A stretch of 64,000 nt of DNA from Dictyostelium discoideum (Eukaryota), in the NCBI GenBank assembly GCA_000004695.1, contig CM000152.2:1536001-1600000 (forward strand), in the 5' to 3' direction. Positions within the stretch are counted from its first letter, which is position 1. Every line of letters starts with the position of its first letter. The notes beneath the pieces are model-generated. The model ran no database searches. It saw only the letters and a program-made list of their open reading frames with translations, and had not been told where the DNA came from. A program made the position numbers and the translations under genes. Of this stretch, positions 1 to 13,681 are shown piece by piece.

Positions 1-1006
1 CAATTGTCTTTTTAATTCACTATTTTCACTCTTTAAATGATCTAAAAATAATCTACATGCCATTGGTATATCTAAATTTGCAAATGAAAATGAATCAATA
101 TCTCCACCAAATGTTTGTTCATTAATTTGTTGTTGAATTGGTATATTATTATTATTATTTAAAATTTGTTGTTGTTGTTGTTGTTGTTGTTGTTTGTTAT
201 TATTTACAGGTTGATTATTAATATTACTACTATTATTATTAGTATTTATATTGTTATTATTATTATTATTAGTAGTATTTGTATTATTAGTATTATTTAT
301 AATTTGTTGTGTTTGTATTGGTAATTGTGATATATTAGTTGTTGTTGAAGTTGAGATGGTTGAAGTTGAAGTTATTGTTGTTGAAGTTTGTGGTGTTAAT
401 GCAGATATTGGTGTTGATGGATCAATATAGAGATTAGCATTAACACCACTATTCTTGTTTGAATGAAATGATTGTTGTTTATTTAATTTTGGTATTTCTT
501 TTTTAATTGGTTTATTTAATACAGATAATTGAGGTTCAATTGAACCTAGATAATGATCATCTCCACCTAATAATTCTTTATTTACAATAATTGTTGAATC
601 TTTATAGGTTAACATCTTTTCTGAATCATCTAAATCACCACCATTGGTCATACCACCAGCTGTACCACCACCAAAATCATCTAAGTTGGTTGAGAAATCA
701 CTCTGTCTATTTATATTGTTGGTTTCAATATTTAATTGAAATTGACCAAGTAAATTAGTTGATGCTGATGTTGTTAATGTACCACCTTTACTTGGTGTTT
801 GTTGTTGTTGTTGCTGTGTACTACCACCACCACCACCACCACCACCAACTTTTATAGGTGTATTTTGATTATTACTACCATTGGGTGTTGGTGTACTACT
901 ACCATTAAATGTTGATCTTTTTGTTGGAGTTTTATTGGGTGTAAGCTTTTCAAGAAAAGAATCAAATATACCTTTACTTGGTGTTGTTGATTTTACGTTT
1001 GACATT
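1..1006 (-). CDS. Hypothetical Ser/Thr/Asn/Gln-rich protein, N-terminal part. The start codon is at 1006 and the gene continues past the window start.
   Basis: The reverse-strand ATG at 1006..1004 opens a frame that stays open to position 1 (MSNVKSTTPSKGIFDSFLEKLTPNKTPTKRS...GGGGGGGST(Q)n...ENSELKRQL). Composition is coding-like (GC-richer than the flanks). It is not in the ORF track, presumably because it runs off the edge. The + strand ORF at 881..1102 is its antisense artefact. Confidence 0.6.
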
Positions 1007-2570
1007 TTTTATTTAATTTTTTTATTATTTTTTTATTTTTTTATTTTTTTATTTTTTAAATATAAAAATAAAATATGTATAAAAAATAAAAAAATAAAAT
1101 AAAATAAAATTGTTGTGTATAAAGTAAAAAAAAAAAAAAAATGATTGATGATGTGTTTGCCCCCAATAAAATTTTTTATTTTTTTAAAAAAAAATTAATG
1201 TTGTATAAAATTTTTACTCGAATATTTAAACACAACCACTTTTTTTTTTTTTTTATTTTTTTCAGAAAATATCTATTTTATTTTTTTTTTTTTTAAAATT
1301 TTTTATTTTTTTTATTTTTTTTTCCCGATTTCTTGCGATTATTATTTTTTAAGTTATTATTATTTGTTTTCCTTGAAATATTAATATGAATTGATCTTTT
1401 TACAATATCAAAATTTAAAAATGATCACAAATCAAAGAAATAACAAATCAAATAAAAAGGAAAAAAAAATTTTATTTATTTTTTTATTTTTATTTTTATT
1501 TTTTTTCATATTATTCCTTTAAAAATTAAATTTAATTTTTGATGTTCGATCTTTTGTTTTAAATTTTTTTTTTTATCTTTTTTTTATTTCTATTTTTTTA
1601 TTTTTTTTTTTTATTTTTATTTATTTTTTTTACCACACGTCATATTTTTTTAAAAGGAAATGTGTCTTGCATATGTTTTGAAATTGACAGTAGTGGTTAA
1701 GATTTTTTTTTTTTATTTTTATTTTTTATTTTATTTTATTATTTTTTTAAAAAATAAAATTAAATTAAAAATAAATTAAATTAAATAGATTTAAATTACT
1801 ATTTTTTAGTTTCATAAATAATATTTTTTAGGTTTATAGTTTTTTTTTTTTTTATTTTATTTTTTTTTTTTTTTTTTTTTTTTTTTTCCTTCATTATAAT
1901 TAGTATTATAACTAAAACTAATTTAAATAGTATTGATTATTTTAACTATTTTAATTTTTTTTTTTTTTTTTTTTTATACAATTTTTTTTATTCTATTTTA
2001 ATATCGTAATTATTAATATTATTAATATTAAAAAAATAAAAAAAAATAAAATAATAATTTTATTATTATCGTATTAATAGTAATTAAATATTTCCCATTA
2101 AAATCAACAAAATCAATATTTACTTTTTTTTTTTTTTTTTTTTTATTATTTTTTTTTAAAAAATTATCTTTTAAATAAACAATATTATAGTAATAAATAT
2201 ATCTGCTAAATTATAATTTTGCTAATTAAAATATTATTTAAATTTTATTTATTTATTTATTTCAAATCCATATTTAATTAATAAAATAATAATTTTAAAA
2301 AAAATAAAATAAAATAAAATAATTACCTTATTAATTATTAACAGTAATCAGTATTTCTTTTAAAATTATTTGTTATTTCCATTTTAAAAATTATTTATTA
2401 TTTTATTATTTATTTTCTTATTTCCTATAGAAAAAAAAAAAAAAATAATATTTTTTTTTTTTATTCCTAAACACTTTTATTTATATTATTATTATTTTTT
2501 TTTTTTTTTTTAATGTAGAAACAATAATAATTTTAAACAATTAAAAAATATATATAATTTAATATCAAAA

Positions 2571-2870
2571 ATGCAATCTTCAAATCCATTTGAAAATAGT
2601 GGTAGTTCTGGTGGTGGAGAAGGGAGTGAAGATACTAAAGATGATTTTGTACTATTAAAAAAAGATGAAGACCCAACAATTCAAAGTACTTTAATAAAAA
2701 GATTGGATTCAATTCAACAACAGGATCATTTAAAAAAGAAACAAGATTTAGATACAAAAAGTAATGAAAGTAGTTCAATATGTGGTGCTTCTCCATTTGA
2801 AGTTTCAAAAGAGGATCATAGTAATTTAAAATCTGCAAATGATTTAAAACAAAAAGAAAATCAAAAATTA

Positions 2871-2963
<93 letters not shown>

Positions 2964-3094
2964 GAACAACAACAAGAACAAGAACAATTTGGACAACAAT
3001 CAACCAATGAAACAATATCTTTACCATTTTCAAATAATAATGAATCAATTGTAAATTTAAATAATCAACAACAACAATCAACAGAAATAATAAA

Positions 3095-3126
<32 letters not shown>

Positions 3127-3599
3127 ACCAATTTGTATCAGTTCCATTTAGTCCACCATTAAAACCATTTTCATTAGAAAAAATAGAATCAAATTCAGAG
3201 TTACCATTTATTAGACCAGATAATTATGAAAGTACAAATTATCCTCATAATACAACAACCAACTCAAATAGTGGTATTTTAAATCCAGGAATTGATAGAG
3301 CATACTATAATATGAATTCAAGGATTGGTAGTAACATTCCATTAGATGATGATAATGCAAATCCATTCGCTCGTATTACCACAGCTGTTGACCCAGAAGT
3401 CGAAGTTAACAATGATGATGATGAAGCTGGTCCAATGGTTAATATAAATATCAATCCTGGTACTTTTGCAGAACCAAACGGTGCAGAAGTTCCTGTAGTA
3501 ACAAGAAGAAGAAGAACCGATGATAAAATAGGTGTCATTATAATGTGTACTATAATTATAATTATTATTGGTGGTTGTATTGCATTTTTATTCATTTAA
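2571..3599 (+). CDS. Hypothetical protein (342 aa) with a long poly-Q tract, six NPF/xPF motifs and a C-terminal hydrophobic transmembrane anchor.
   Basis: Single uninterrupted ORF from the track. It starts MQSSNPFENSGSSGGGEG. The (CAA)n run at 2875..2972 encodes about 32 Q. The last 23 residues (IGVIIMCTIIIIIIGGCIAFLFI) are a predicted TM segment directly before the stop, so it is tail-anchored-like. Repeated NPF, SPF, LPF and VPF tripeptides are present. Confidence 0.6.
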
Positions 3600-3736
3600 A
3601 TGTAATTTAAAAAAAAAAAAAAAAAAAAAACAAATTTAAAAATAAAAATTAAAAATAAAATAATAATTTCTTTTAAAGTAAAAAAAAAATAATAATACAA
3701 TAAGAATTTTTATTTAAAAATTTTTATTTTATTTAT

Positions 3737-4123
3737 TTATTTTTTAATTGCATGAAGTAAATAATTAACATTTAAATCATTTGTAAAATCCCATTCACAA
3801 GTTAATGGATTATAAACTAAACCTTTAAGATCAGTGATTTGACAATTATTTGAATCAAAATAAGATTCTAAATCCTTTGGTTTTATAAATTGATCCCAAT
3901 GATGTGTTCCAACTGGTACCATTCTAAAAATATATTCAGCACCTAAAATCGCAGAGATATATGATAAAAATGTTTTATTAATTGTTGATATAAATATACT
4001 ACCACCTGGTTTAACTATTTTACTTAAATAATCTATAAATTGTTTTGGATTATCAACATGTTCAATCACTTCTAATGAACAAACTGCATCAAATTGTTGA
4101 TCATTTTCAATATTATAAAAATT

Positions 4124-4171
<48 letters not shown>

Positions 4172-4795
4172 TATATTAATATATTTAATTATTTAATTAT
4201 TTTATTATTTATATTTACCAATTGTTGATTCTAAATAATTTAAAGATTTATTTTGAATATTTTCATTTAATTTTTGATCGAATGATGCATGTGAAATTGC
4301 CATTAAAATATTATTTTTAGCAGCATCTAAACCAACGACTTTAGAAGCACCTAATCTACTTAATGATTCTGTTAATAATCCAACACCACAACCAACATCA
4401 ATTACATTTAAACCTTCTAATGGTAAATGAATTGGATTTTTTGAAACTTTTTCATTATAAATCTTTAATCTATCACAAATATATTTAACTCTAAATGGAT
4501 TCATTCTATGTAATGGTTTCATTGTTCCTTCTGGATTCCACCAATCTGAAGATTGTTGATTAAAAAAATCAATTTCATCTTGTCTTAATGTTGTTGTTGT
4601 TGTTGTAGTGGTATTATTACTATTATTATTACTATTGGATGTTGTTGTAAAATATTTATTACTAATAAATTTACTACTACCACTACTACTACTACTACTA
4701 TATATAATTGATTGTTTTTGTGATTTTATTAAATTATTTATTAAATTTGGTTTATTTAATCTTTGACAAGATTTGCTAATTAAATGATAAATCAT
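3737..4795 (-). CDS. coq3: Ubiquinone biosynthesis O-methyltransferase (COQ3/UbiG family), 2 exons: 4795..4219 and 4125..3737. The intron is 4126..4218.
   Basis: Exon 1 encodes an N-terminal presequence-like region, then HRMNPFRVKYICDRL and the SAM-binding motif I, VIDVGCGVGLLTESLSRLG. Exon 2 encodes FDAVCSLEVIEHVDNPKQFIDYLSKIVKPGGSIFISTINKT...YIFRMVPVGTHHWDQFIKP, which is typical of COQ3/UbiG. The intron has a GTAAAT donor and TTTTTTTAG acceptor. Splice phase is consistent (phase 1). Confidence 0.85.
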
Positions 4796-5077
4796 TGTTT
4801 TTTTTTTTTTTATTTTTTTTTTTTTTTATTTTATCTTTTTTCGAGTTGATAGGAGTAATTTGACAATAAAATATTTTTTTATTTCATTTTTTTTTTTTTT
4901 TTTTTTTTTTTTTCATTTTTATTTTTTAATTTTTTTTTTTTTTTTTCATTTTTATTTTTTTTTGAAATTTTTTTTTTTTTTTTTTAAAAGGTTGTTGTTC
5001 ATATTTCACGGTGAGGCGATAGGAAAGGGTAAAAAAAAAATAAAAATAAAAATAGAAATAAAAAAAAAAATAAAAAA

Positions 5078-5766
5078 ATGAAAATCAGAGAAATTATACC
5101 ATTATTAAGTTCAAATCCTCTCTTTTCAAAAACACCACAATCATCACAAAAACCATCATCATTCACAAGTGAAAATAATGAATTATCATTCACAGCAAAA
5201 AATTTTTTATCAGTAAATAATCAATCATCAGAAATTTATTATTATTCACCAATTGAATGTAAATTATATGTAATTAAAGTAGAATCAACTTTAGATAATA
5301 CAATTTGTGCAATTAGATTTCAGGTAAATATTATAATTATTATCATAATTTATTATTATTATTATTATAATTTATTAATAATTAATTAATTAATTACTTA
5401 ATTAAATTAATAATAATAGGAATTAAAATTAAAAATCAATTTTGAAGTTTATAAAATTGAATTGAATGAAGATTCTAGATATCTTTGTATTTCAGGACAT
5501 GTAAATTGTATAATTGTTGATTTAAATCCTCAAACTGTAAATTCATATTTCACAAGTCAAGAGATTTTCTCTGATCAAGAGAATAAAACCTTTGGTTATG
5601 ATTCATTAACAGTTAGAAGTTTTACATTAGATAAAACTTTTTATCAATCTCAAATTTCAAATATAATTAAACAAGTTGAATGGCATCCATTAAGTAATAT
5701 TCATTTAGTAATTTTATATTCAAATAATACTTTAAAGTAAGTGTGTTTGTTTGTTTTTGTTTTTTG

Positions 5767-5797
<31 letters not shown>

Positions 5798-6534
5798 TAT
5801 AAATTATGTATATATATGTTCATTTTTAATTTCTAATTTTTTATTTTTTACTTTTATTAGAATTTATAATATTCAAAGTGGAAATGAAGAAATTGAACAG
5901 ACATTTAATTTAGAATCAATTCATACATTTGAATCATTAAAGAATTTAAAGAATAATGATATTAGAAATCAAACAAAGAATACCAAGAAATTCATTTCAT
6001 TTTGTTTTGGTTCAAATATTAATTTTTGGACAAGATTCACAATATTTTTATTAAGTGATTCTGGCGAAATCTTTAATCTTTGTCCAGTAATTCCAAATAA
6101 TTGTTTAGTTGAAACTAGTTTTTATAGGGATTTTCAAAATCATATTTTATATGAAAAAAATCAAATTGAAAATAATAGCGGTAGTGGTAGTAGTAATGGA
6201 GATGATAGCGATGAATTTATAAAACAACAACAACAACAAAAAAAATATTATGATTTTCAATTTAAATGGTTAATGGCAGCATCAATTAATACAATACCAT
6301 TTGAGATTGAAAATGTAAGTTGGTTAAAATTATCATCACCATCAAATAGTAGTACTACTTTTAATCCACTACTTCAAGGTCCAATTTCAAGGATATCAGA
6401 TTCATTACCACCATCATCAAATAGAGTACCTCTTAAAATTTTATCAATTCAACCATTAGTTTCAAATATAGATCAAAATTCAAATTCTTCAATTATAAAT
6501 AAAATTAATAATAATAATAATAATGATGACGATG

Positions 6535-6605
<71 letters not shown>

Positions 6606-6794
6606 GATGATGAAAAAAAGAAACATAATTTATCATTATCATCAACAAATAAATTAATACCATTTGTAATTATAGTTTTAATGGAATCTTGTGAAAGTTT
6701 AGTAAATATTTGTTGTCAGGATACTATTCCAATGTGGTCAAATGATAATGGTATTTTATATTTAGAGGAAAATAATAGTAATAGTAATAGTAAA

Positions 6795-6827
<33 letters not shown>

Positions 6828-7112
6828 CCAAAATATATAGATTTGATACTATATGAAATTTTAGATTTAAATGTAAAGAAATCAATTAAACCATCATTTA
6901 GTAATATTGATAAAAATTTAAAGAATAAATCAACAATTGCAATTGCAAGCACAAATCAAACTAAAGATTATTTATCATATTCATTACCAACAATGAAATA
7001 TGATCAATGGAGTGATAGTTTATATTTTTATCATAATCAAGGTGTTCAAATAGCTAAATTCCCATGGTTATATCAAATTTATTTAGAAATTAATAATATT
7101 GTAGCTTTTGAA

Positions 7113-7156
<44 letters not shown>

Positions 7157-7728
7157 TAATATCAATAATAGCAGTACCACGAATAATAATAATAATAAAA
7201 ATAAAAATAAAAATGATGAAATTGATGAAAATATTGAATTTGAAACAACTTCATTAATGTCTGTTATAAATAATGGTAGTGGTAATGGTGATCAATGTAT
7301 ACCAATTATTGGAATTCAAGTTTTTAGTAATATAAAAATTGGTACCTATTTCTTAATTTTACCAAATACTTTTAAAATCATCATTTTTGATATGGATGGT
7401 TTAATAAATCAACAACCAAATCTTCATGAACAAAAACAACAACAACAACAGAATGACGATAATGATGATGATGATGATGATGATGATAACGATGAAGATG
7501 AAATTAATTTAAAATCACCAATTCAACCATTTATTGATAATCCACCATCATTTATTGGAAGAATTATCTTACCAAATTCTTTTACACAAAAAGAATTTTT
7601 ACAAACTTTAGTTAATACAAAAAAGAAGTTATATAATTTATATATTTATTCAAATCAATTAGAAATAGAATTAAATTCAAGGTAATTAATAATATATATA
7701 TATATATTTATATAAAAATATTTTTTTT

Positions 7729-7760
<32 letters not shown>

Positions 7761-8303
7761 TAATATAAATTTATATTATAAATTTTTTAAATTAAAATTA
7801 GAGTTAAAGGTTTAGAATTAATAAGTAAAGATCAATTAAAGTTAATTGATAAATTAAAGATTTATATAGAGAATTTAAAAAGTAATCAACAAGCTTTAAA
7901 TGCAAAACTTAAATATGTTTGGGATAAAAAAGAAATTGATTCTGAAGAGATTAAAGAACTCTATAAGGTTGAAATGGAAGGTAAACCATTAAGTAATCAA
8001 GAGAAAGAATTGGCTAAAACTTTAAAACAAATCAATAGTCAAGTTAATATTTATTCTGAAAGATTAAATCAAGTAGAAAAGGATTTACAAGAAAATAATA
8101 ATAACAACAACAACAACAACAACAACAATAGTAGTAATATTAATAATAATAATAATAATAATGGATTAATTTCAGTAACATCTTATGAAACAATACCAAT
8201 TGAACATCAAACTGAAATTAAAAAAGTATTAAATTTACATGGTCAAAAGATTGAAGAGGATGTTACAAAATTAGAAAAATTATTAAAAAATATTCAAATT
8301 TAA
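5078..8303 (+). CDS. Hypothetical large protein with an N-terminal beta-propeller-like region, Asn/Asp/Gln low-complexity inserts and a C-terminal coiled coil. Four exons: 5078..5323, 5420..5736, 5861..7681, 7802..8303.
   Basis: ORF-track pieces at 5078, 5462, 5751 and 7974 are joined by three short AT-rich introns. Intron 1: GTAAAT...AATAG. Intron 2: GTAAGT...TTATTAG. Intron 3: GTAATT...AAATTAG. All splice phases check (0, 2, 2). The last exon encodes heptad-rich sequence (KDQLKLIDKLKIYIENLKSNQQALNAKLKYVWDKKE...EKDLQE). Confidence 0.6.
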
Positions 8304-9613
8304 AAATAAATAATAAAAATAATAATAATAATAATAATAATAATAATTCTGATTATTTTAGATATTTTTTCCTTTTCCTTTTTTAAATTTCAAATTTCAA
8401 ATTTTTTTTTTTTTAATTTTGATTTTTAATTTTTTATTTTTAATTTTTTTTTTTTTTATTTTGGGGGCCAATGAAAGAAATCTGGTGGTTTGAGGAAAAA
8501 CCAAAATTGATTTTTAAAAAAAAAATAAAAAATAAAGGAAAAAGAAAAAAATTATTGGGTAATTGCAAAGATACCAAAATTTTAATTTTTTTAATTTTTT
8601 TTATTTTTTTCCTTTTTTTCTAAATTGTTGTTGTTCCTTGTTTTACTTTTTTTGTGCATTGTTCACTTAATTCTCAAAGAAATTATGACGCTATGGTAAG
8701 TTTATGCTTTAGCCCCAGTGTATTGGTTAGATAAAAATCAAAAGTTATGTCTTGATTTATAAATATAAAAAAAAAAAATCCAAAAAAAAAAAGAAAAAAA
8801 AAAAAAATAAAAAAAAAAAGTGAATAAAAAAAAAAAAAAAAAACATTGTTAGTGTACCTATTTTTATAATAAAGTTATTTATATTATTAGAATAATTTTT
8901 TATTTTTTATTTTTATTTTTTTTTTTCATGTTTACTTAATCTCAATCAAATCTTATTCATCATCTTTTTTGTGTAGTTTATCTATTTTTAGGGGTTCCCA
9001 AATCAAAATTTGTAATCTGGTGGTGGGTGTGTGTTTTTTTTTTTTTTTTTATTTTCATTTTTTTTTTTTTTTTTTTTCATAAAAATTAAACACTACAAAA
9101 ATATTAAAAATAATATATAATAAATACATACAAATTACCTACCTTATTATTATTATTTTAAAATATAACATTCCAATAGTTGTGTCATATCATCAGTACC
9201 ACTCTCACTAACACACTCAAAATATAAATAAATAAATATACCCACATCCTGAACTGTTTTTTATTTTTTTTTATTTTTTATTTTTTTTATTTTTTTTATT
9301 GGTTTTTTTTTTATATCAAAAAAACATATTCATTTTTTTTTTTTTTTTTATTTATAATTTATTTTTGTTTTTTTAATTATATCAAATAAAAAAAAAATGA
9401 AAATAAAAAAAAAAAAAATAAAAAAAAGAGAGAAACGTAGAAACAACCACATTTTCATCACACTTCTATCACATATAAATTTTTAAAATTTTTTTTTTTA
9501 TTAAAAAAAAAATATTTATTTGATTAATAAAAAAAAAAAAAAGTCCCCAAAAAAAAAAAAATAAAACAAAAACAAAATCAAGAACAAAATCAAAAAAAAA
9601 AAAAAAAAAAAAA

Positions 9614-9730
9614 ATGTTTAACAGTTTTGAATTTAATTATTACAACGATTCCCCATCATTCCTCTCAGATGATTTAATTCCTCAATATAATAATCAATTC
9701 CAAAGTTTACAACAAAATCCACAATTAAAT

Positions 9731-9784
<54 letters not shown>

Positions 9785-11048
9785 TATAATAATAATAATA
9801 ATAATAACTTTAAAAATGATAATTTATTCCAAAATAGTAATTTATTTGTTTTCCAAAATGATTTAAACAATAATATAAATATAAATATAAATAATAATAA
9901 TTTTAATAATAATAATAATTTTAATAATAATATTAATTTTAATAATTTTAACAATAATAATATAAATAATGGATTTACATATTCAAATAACCAAAACAAT
10001 AATTTCAAACCTAATAACAATGGATGTGATGTTGAATATTCCGATCATTCAGTAATTTCAACACCAACTTCATCAATTTACAATGAAAATGAAAATAATA
10101 ATATTAATAATTTAAATAATAACATAAATAATACTGACAATACTTGTAATATTCTAAATAATAATAACAATAGTAATAATAATGATATGAATAATAATAA
10201 TAATAATAATAGTAATAACCAAAATGAAGTTACTAATATAAATAGTAATATTTCCCCAAACTATGAAAATCAAAATCAAAATCAAAATGAAAATGAAAAT
10301 AATAGTAATAATAATAATAATAAACCCAATGATAATTTGGTTGAAAATAATACCAATCAAATAACAAATCCAAATAATATTGACCAACAACAAGAACAAC
10401 CACAATTAAATCAAGTTGAAAATAAAATAAATAATAATAGTAATAATAATAATATAAATAATAATAATAATAATAGTGGTGAATTTTGTCCAGATTATGT
10501 ATATTTTGTAAATAAACAATTGAATGAATTTTCAAATTGTCTACCAATTTTAGAAAAAGATATGCCAGATTTTGCCTCGACTATCAAGGGTATAATTAGT
10601 CCAAATATTGTTGGTTCTTCGATTAAAAATGAAAATAAATCAACACCAAATTCAACTTCAACATCAATTGCATCCTATTCATTTGAACTAAATCCATCAA
10701 CTCCACTTGATGGTGTTTCTCACACAATTCAACAAACTTCACCATCAACTCAACCAAGTACTCCAGTTTCAAACGATATCATAGAAAATAATTCTATCAC
10801 CGCCTCAACTCAAAATGTAAATACTGTAAATAATCAAACCACAACAACAACCACCTCCACCACCTATACATCAACTTTTGCCCTATCCTCATCATCATCA
10901 TCATCATCTTCTTCTTCTTCTTCAAATGGTAGTGGTAAGAAAAGAGGTAGACCACCAAGAGCCAAATCTTCGACTGATTTAATTGGCTCGCCAAATTCAT
11001 TATCAAACTCTTCTTCAACTGTAGTATTAAGCGCAAGTACACCATCAT

Positions 11049-11089
<41 letters not shown>

Positions 11090-11527
11090 TCAGGTACACC
11101 AACTGGAGAAACTCTTGAGAGTATTGAATCAAAGAGAAAATATCTTTGTCAATATTGTAAGAAACCAAAAAAGAATCACAAATGTGATCATCCTGATGCA
11201 AATAAAGAATCTACTGAAGAAAAGAAAAAAAGAAAACATAAAATATTAAAAACTTCAACCACTTCCATTGGTGGTGATATCACTATTAAAGATGAAAATA
11301 TAACATCATCAGTTGTTGATAACAGTGTTTTTGGTTCACCTGAAATTACAACAACCTCTCTCTCTGATCCAACAAAACTTTTAATACCAATTTTAGAAGA
11401 AAAGGATAAAAATAGTGTCGTACCTTCATTAGATGAATCCATCAATAAACATTTTGATCAAGTTACTCAAGATAATGAAATTCATTTCTTTGAAATTCCA
11501 ATTAATGATGGAATTGTCCTATTATAA
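9614..11527 (+). CDS. Hypothetical Asn-rich nuclear protein with an AT-hook (KKRGRPPRAK), S/T-rich tracts and a Cys/His cluster (CQYCKKPKKNHKCDHPD).
   Basis: Single ORF from the track (637 aa). The GRP core with flanking K/R matches the AT-hook consensus. There is an extreme N-run at the N-terminus. The function is not inferable beyond probable DNA binding. Confidence 0.55.
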
Positions 11528-11540
11528 TTTAATTTAATTT

Positions 11541-11610
11541 AAATATAAATATAAATATAAATATAAATATAAATATAAATATAAATATAAATATAAATAT
11601 AAATATAAAT
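11541..11610. repeat. (AAATAT)n hexanucleotide microsatellite, about 11 units, immediately after the stop codon of the 9614..11527 gene.
   Basis: Direct reading: aaatataaatataaatataaat... repeated. Confidence 0.9.
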
Positions 11611-11691
11611 AAAATAAACAATATTTATAATAATAATAATCAAAACCTTTTTTATTAGTTTCAAAAAAATGGTAATCTTTTACTGAATTTA

Positions 11692-11739
<48 letters not shown>

Positions 11740-12583
11740 GGATTCAATGTCAAAGATCGGGGTTCTCTATGTACTATGACATTAGGAATGGTTTAAAAAA
11801 TAAAAAAAAAAAATAAAATACTAATTAAATTCTGAAAATAAAATTTTTGATTAAAAAAAAAATTAAAAAAAAAAAAAAATGAAAAAATCACATTTCTTTT
11901 TTTAACAAAAACCTTTTTATTTTTTAAAGGTCAGAAGAGTTTTCTTCAAATATTTTTATTATGATTACAGAGAAATTTTTTATTTTCCCAATATACATTT
12001 TATAAACAAATAAAAAAAAAACTATTATTAAATTTTAAAATTTGGTTTTTTTTTTTTATTTTTTTTTAAATCATTTAAATCCAAAAAAAATAAAAATTCT
12101 ATATATATAATTATTATTTAAAAATACTGGGATGCAACATTGGTAATTTATTTGAAAAGAAAAAAAAAAAAAAAAACAAGATATTTTTTTTTTTTTATTT
12201 TATTTTTTTTTTTTTTTTTTGAAATATCTTTGGGACCAAAAGAATTGGGATTTTATTATTATTGTTTTTTTTTTTTTATTTTTTATTTTTCCTTTTTCTT
12301 TTTTATATATTCAATCTGAATCATTTTTTTTTATTTTTCATTTCAAAAAAATTACATTTCAATAATTCAAATTCATATTAAAATGTTTGGTTTTATATAT
12401 AGAGACCCTTCTCCAGCACCTCAAGGTAAAATTAGAGATGGTTCAAAAGACCCAAAAACACCAGGTGGTGGTGGTGGTGGTGGTGGTGGTATTTCTCCAA
12501 ATGGTGGTGCTCCCCTTGGTGGTAAAGGGTTAGTAATTTTTAATTTATTAAAAAATTTTAAAAAACAAAATACCTCAGTTACT

Positions 12584-12621
<38 letters not shown>

Positions 12622-12803
12622 CAAAAAAAAATTTAGATTCTCAATGTAGTTTTAACTTTATTTTGTTACAATTCGATAATTATTATTAAATCAAATAAAA
12701 TTATTATATTTGGTTCATCTTCTATTTTAAAAAAAAATTATTTTTATTTTTAAAAATAAATTTTTTTTTATTTTTTTTATTTTTTTTTCAAAAAACGAAA
12801 AAT

Positions 12804-12842
<39 letters not shown>

Positions 12843-12958
12843 TATTTAATCAATGTTTTGGGTGTTTTTCAAAATAAAAGATAATAACAGAGAAAAGGAA
12901 TTATAAGAAAAGAAAAACAATTTTAAATTTTAGAAAAAAAAAAAAAAAACACACACAC

Positions 12959-13561
12959 ATGTCCTCTGTAGAAATAACACAAACAGATTCAAATAATAAT
13001 ACTGAAGAATATAATAACGATAATAGTAATAGTAATAACGATAGTTCAAATCAAAGTACGGAATTACCAAAACTACATGAAGCAATTATAAATGGTAATT
13101 TTGAAGATGTTAAAAAGATGATTGATTCTGGTAATGTAAATTTAGAAGAAGGTGATTTCGGTGGACTTCATCCATTACATTTTGCAGCACGTATGGGTAA
13201 TATAGCAATTGGTCAATATCTACTAGACAAAGGTGTAGATATCAATGCAGAGAATAACTATGGATCAACACCAATCCTTGAAGCTGTTCGTAGAGGTGAA
13301 GTTGAATTTGTAAAGTTTTTAATATCGCGTGGTGCAAACCTCTCCATTGGTGACATTGACGATAATACACCACTTCATTTAGCCGTAATGTGTGAAGATG
13401 GTGAATTAATACCAATACTATTAGATGCTGGCTCGCCATTAGATGCTAAAAATAAAGATGATGAAACTCCAATTCAAGTCACTGAAGATAAAGATATTAT
13501 TGATTATATAAATGAATTTAAAGCATTAAAAGAAAAACAACAACAACAACAACAAAAATAA
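12959..13561 (+). CDS. Ankyrin-repeat protein (200 aa, about 3-4 ANK repeats).
   Basis: Single ORF. It contains the canonical ANK signatures [87 protein letters not shown] and [40 protein letters not shown]. Confidence 0.8.
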
Positions 13562-13642
13562 CAAAAATATCAACAATTAATTAAAAAACTTAATAAATAA
13601 TTTAAACTTGTATATTCTTTAAATTTCCTCATTTTATGCCTT

Positions 13643-13681
<39 letters not shown>

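Noticed and set aside
881-1102. 73-aa + strand ORF from the track
   Set aside because: Lies antisense to the better-supported - strand gene at 1..1006. It is low complexity (poly-L/F/K from A/T runs) and has a non-ATG start.
2635-3147. 170-aa - strand ORF (poly-V, poly-Y)
   Set aside because: Antisense reading of the (CAA)n/(AAT)n repeats inside the 2571..3599 gene. It is a repeat artefact.
12383-12649. 88-aa ORF with a poly-Gly run and GC-rich first 150 nt
   Set aside because: The composition is exon-like and there is a possible GTAATT donor at about 12533. But I found no in-phase downstream exon and no recognisable motif. It is left unannotated and may be worth an RNA-seq look.
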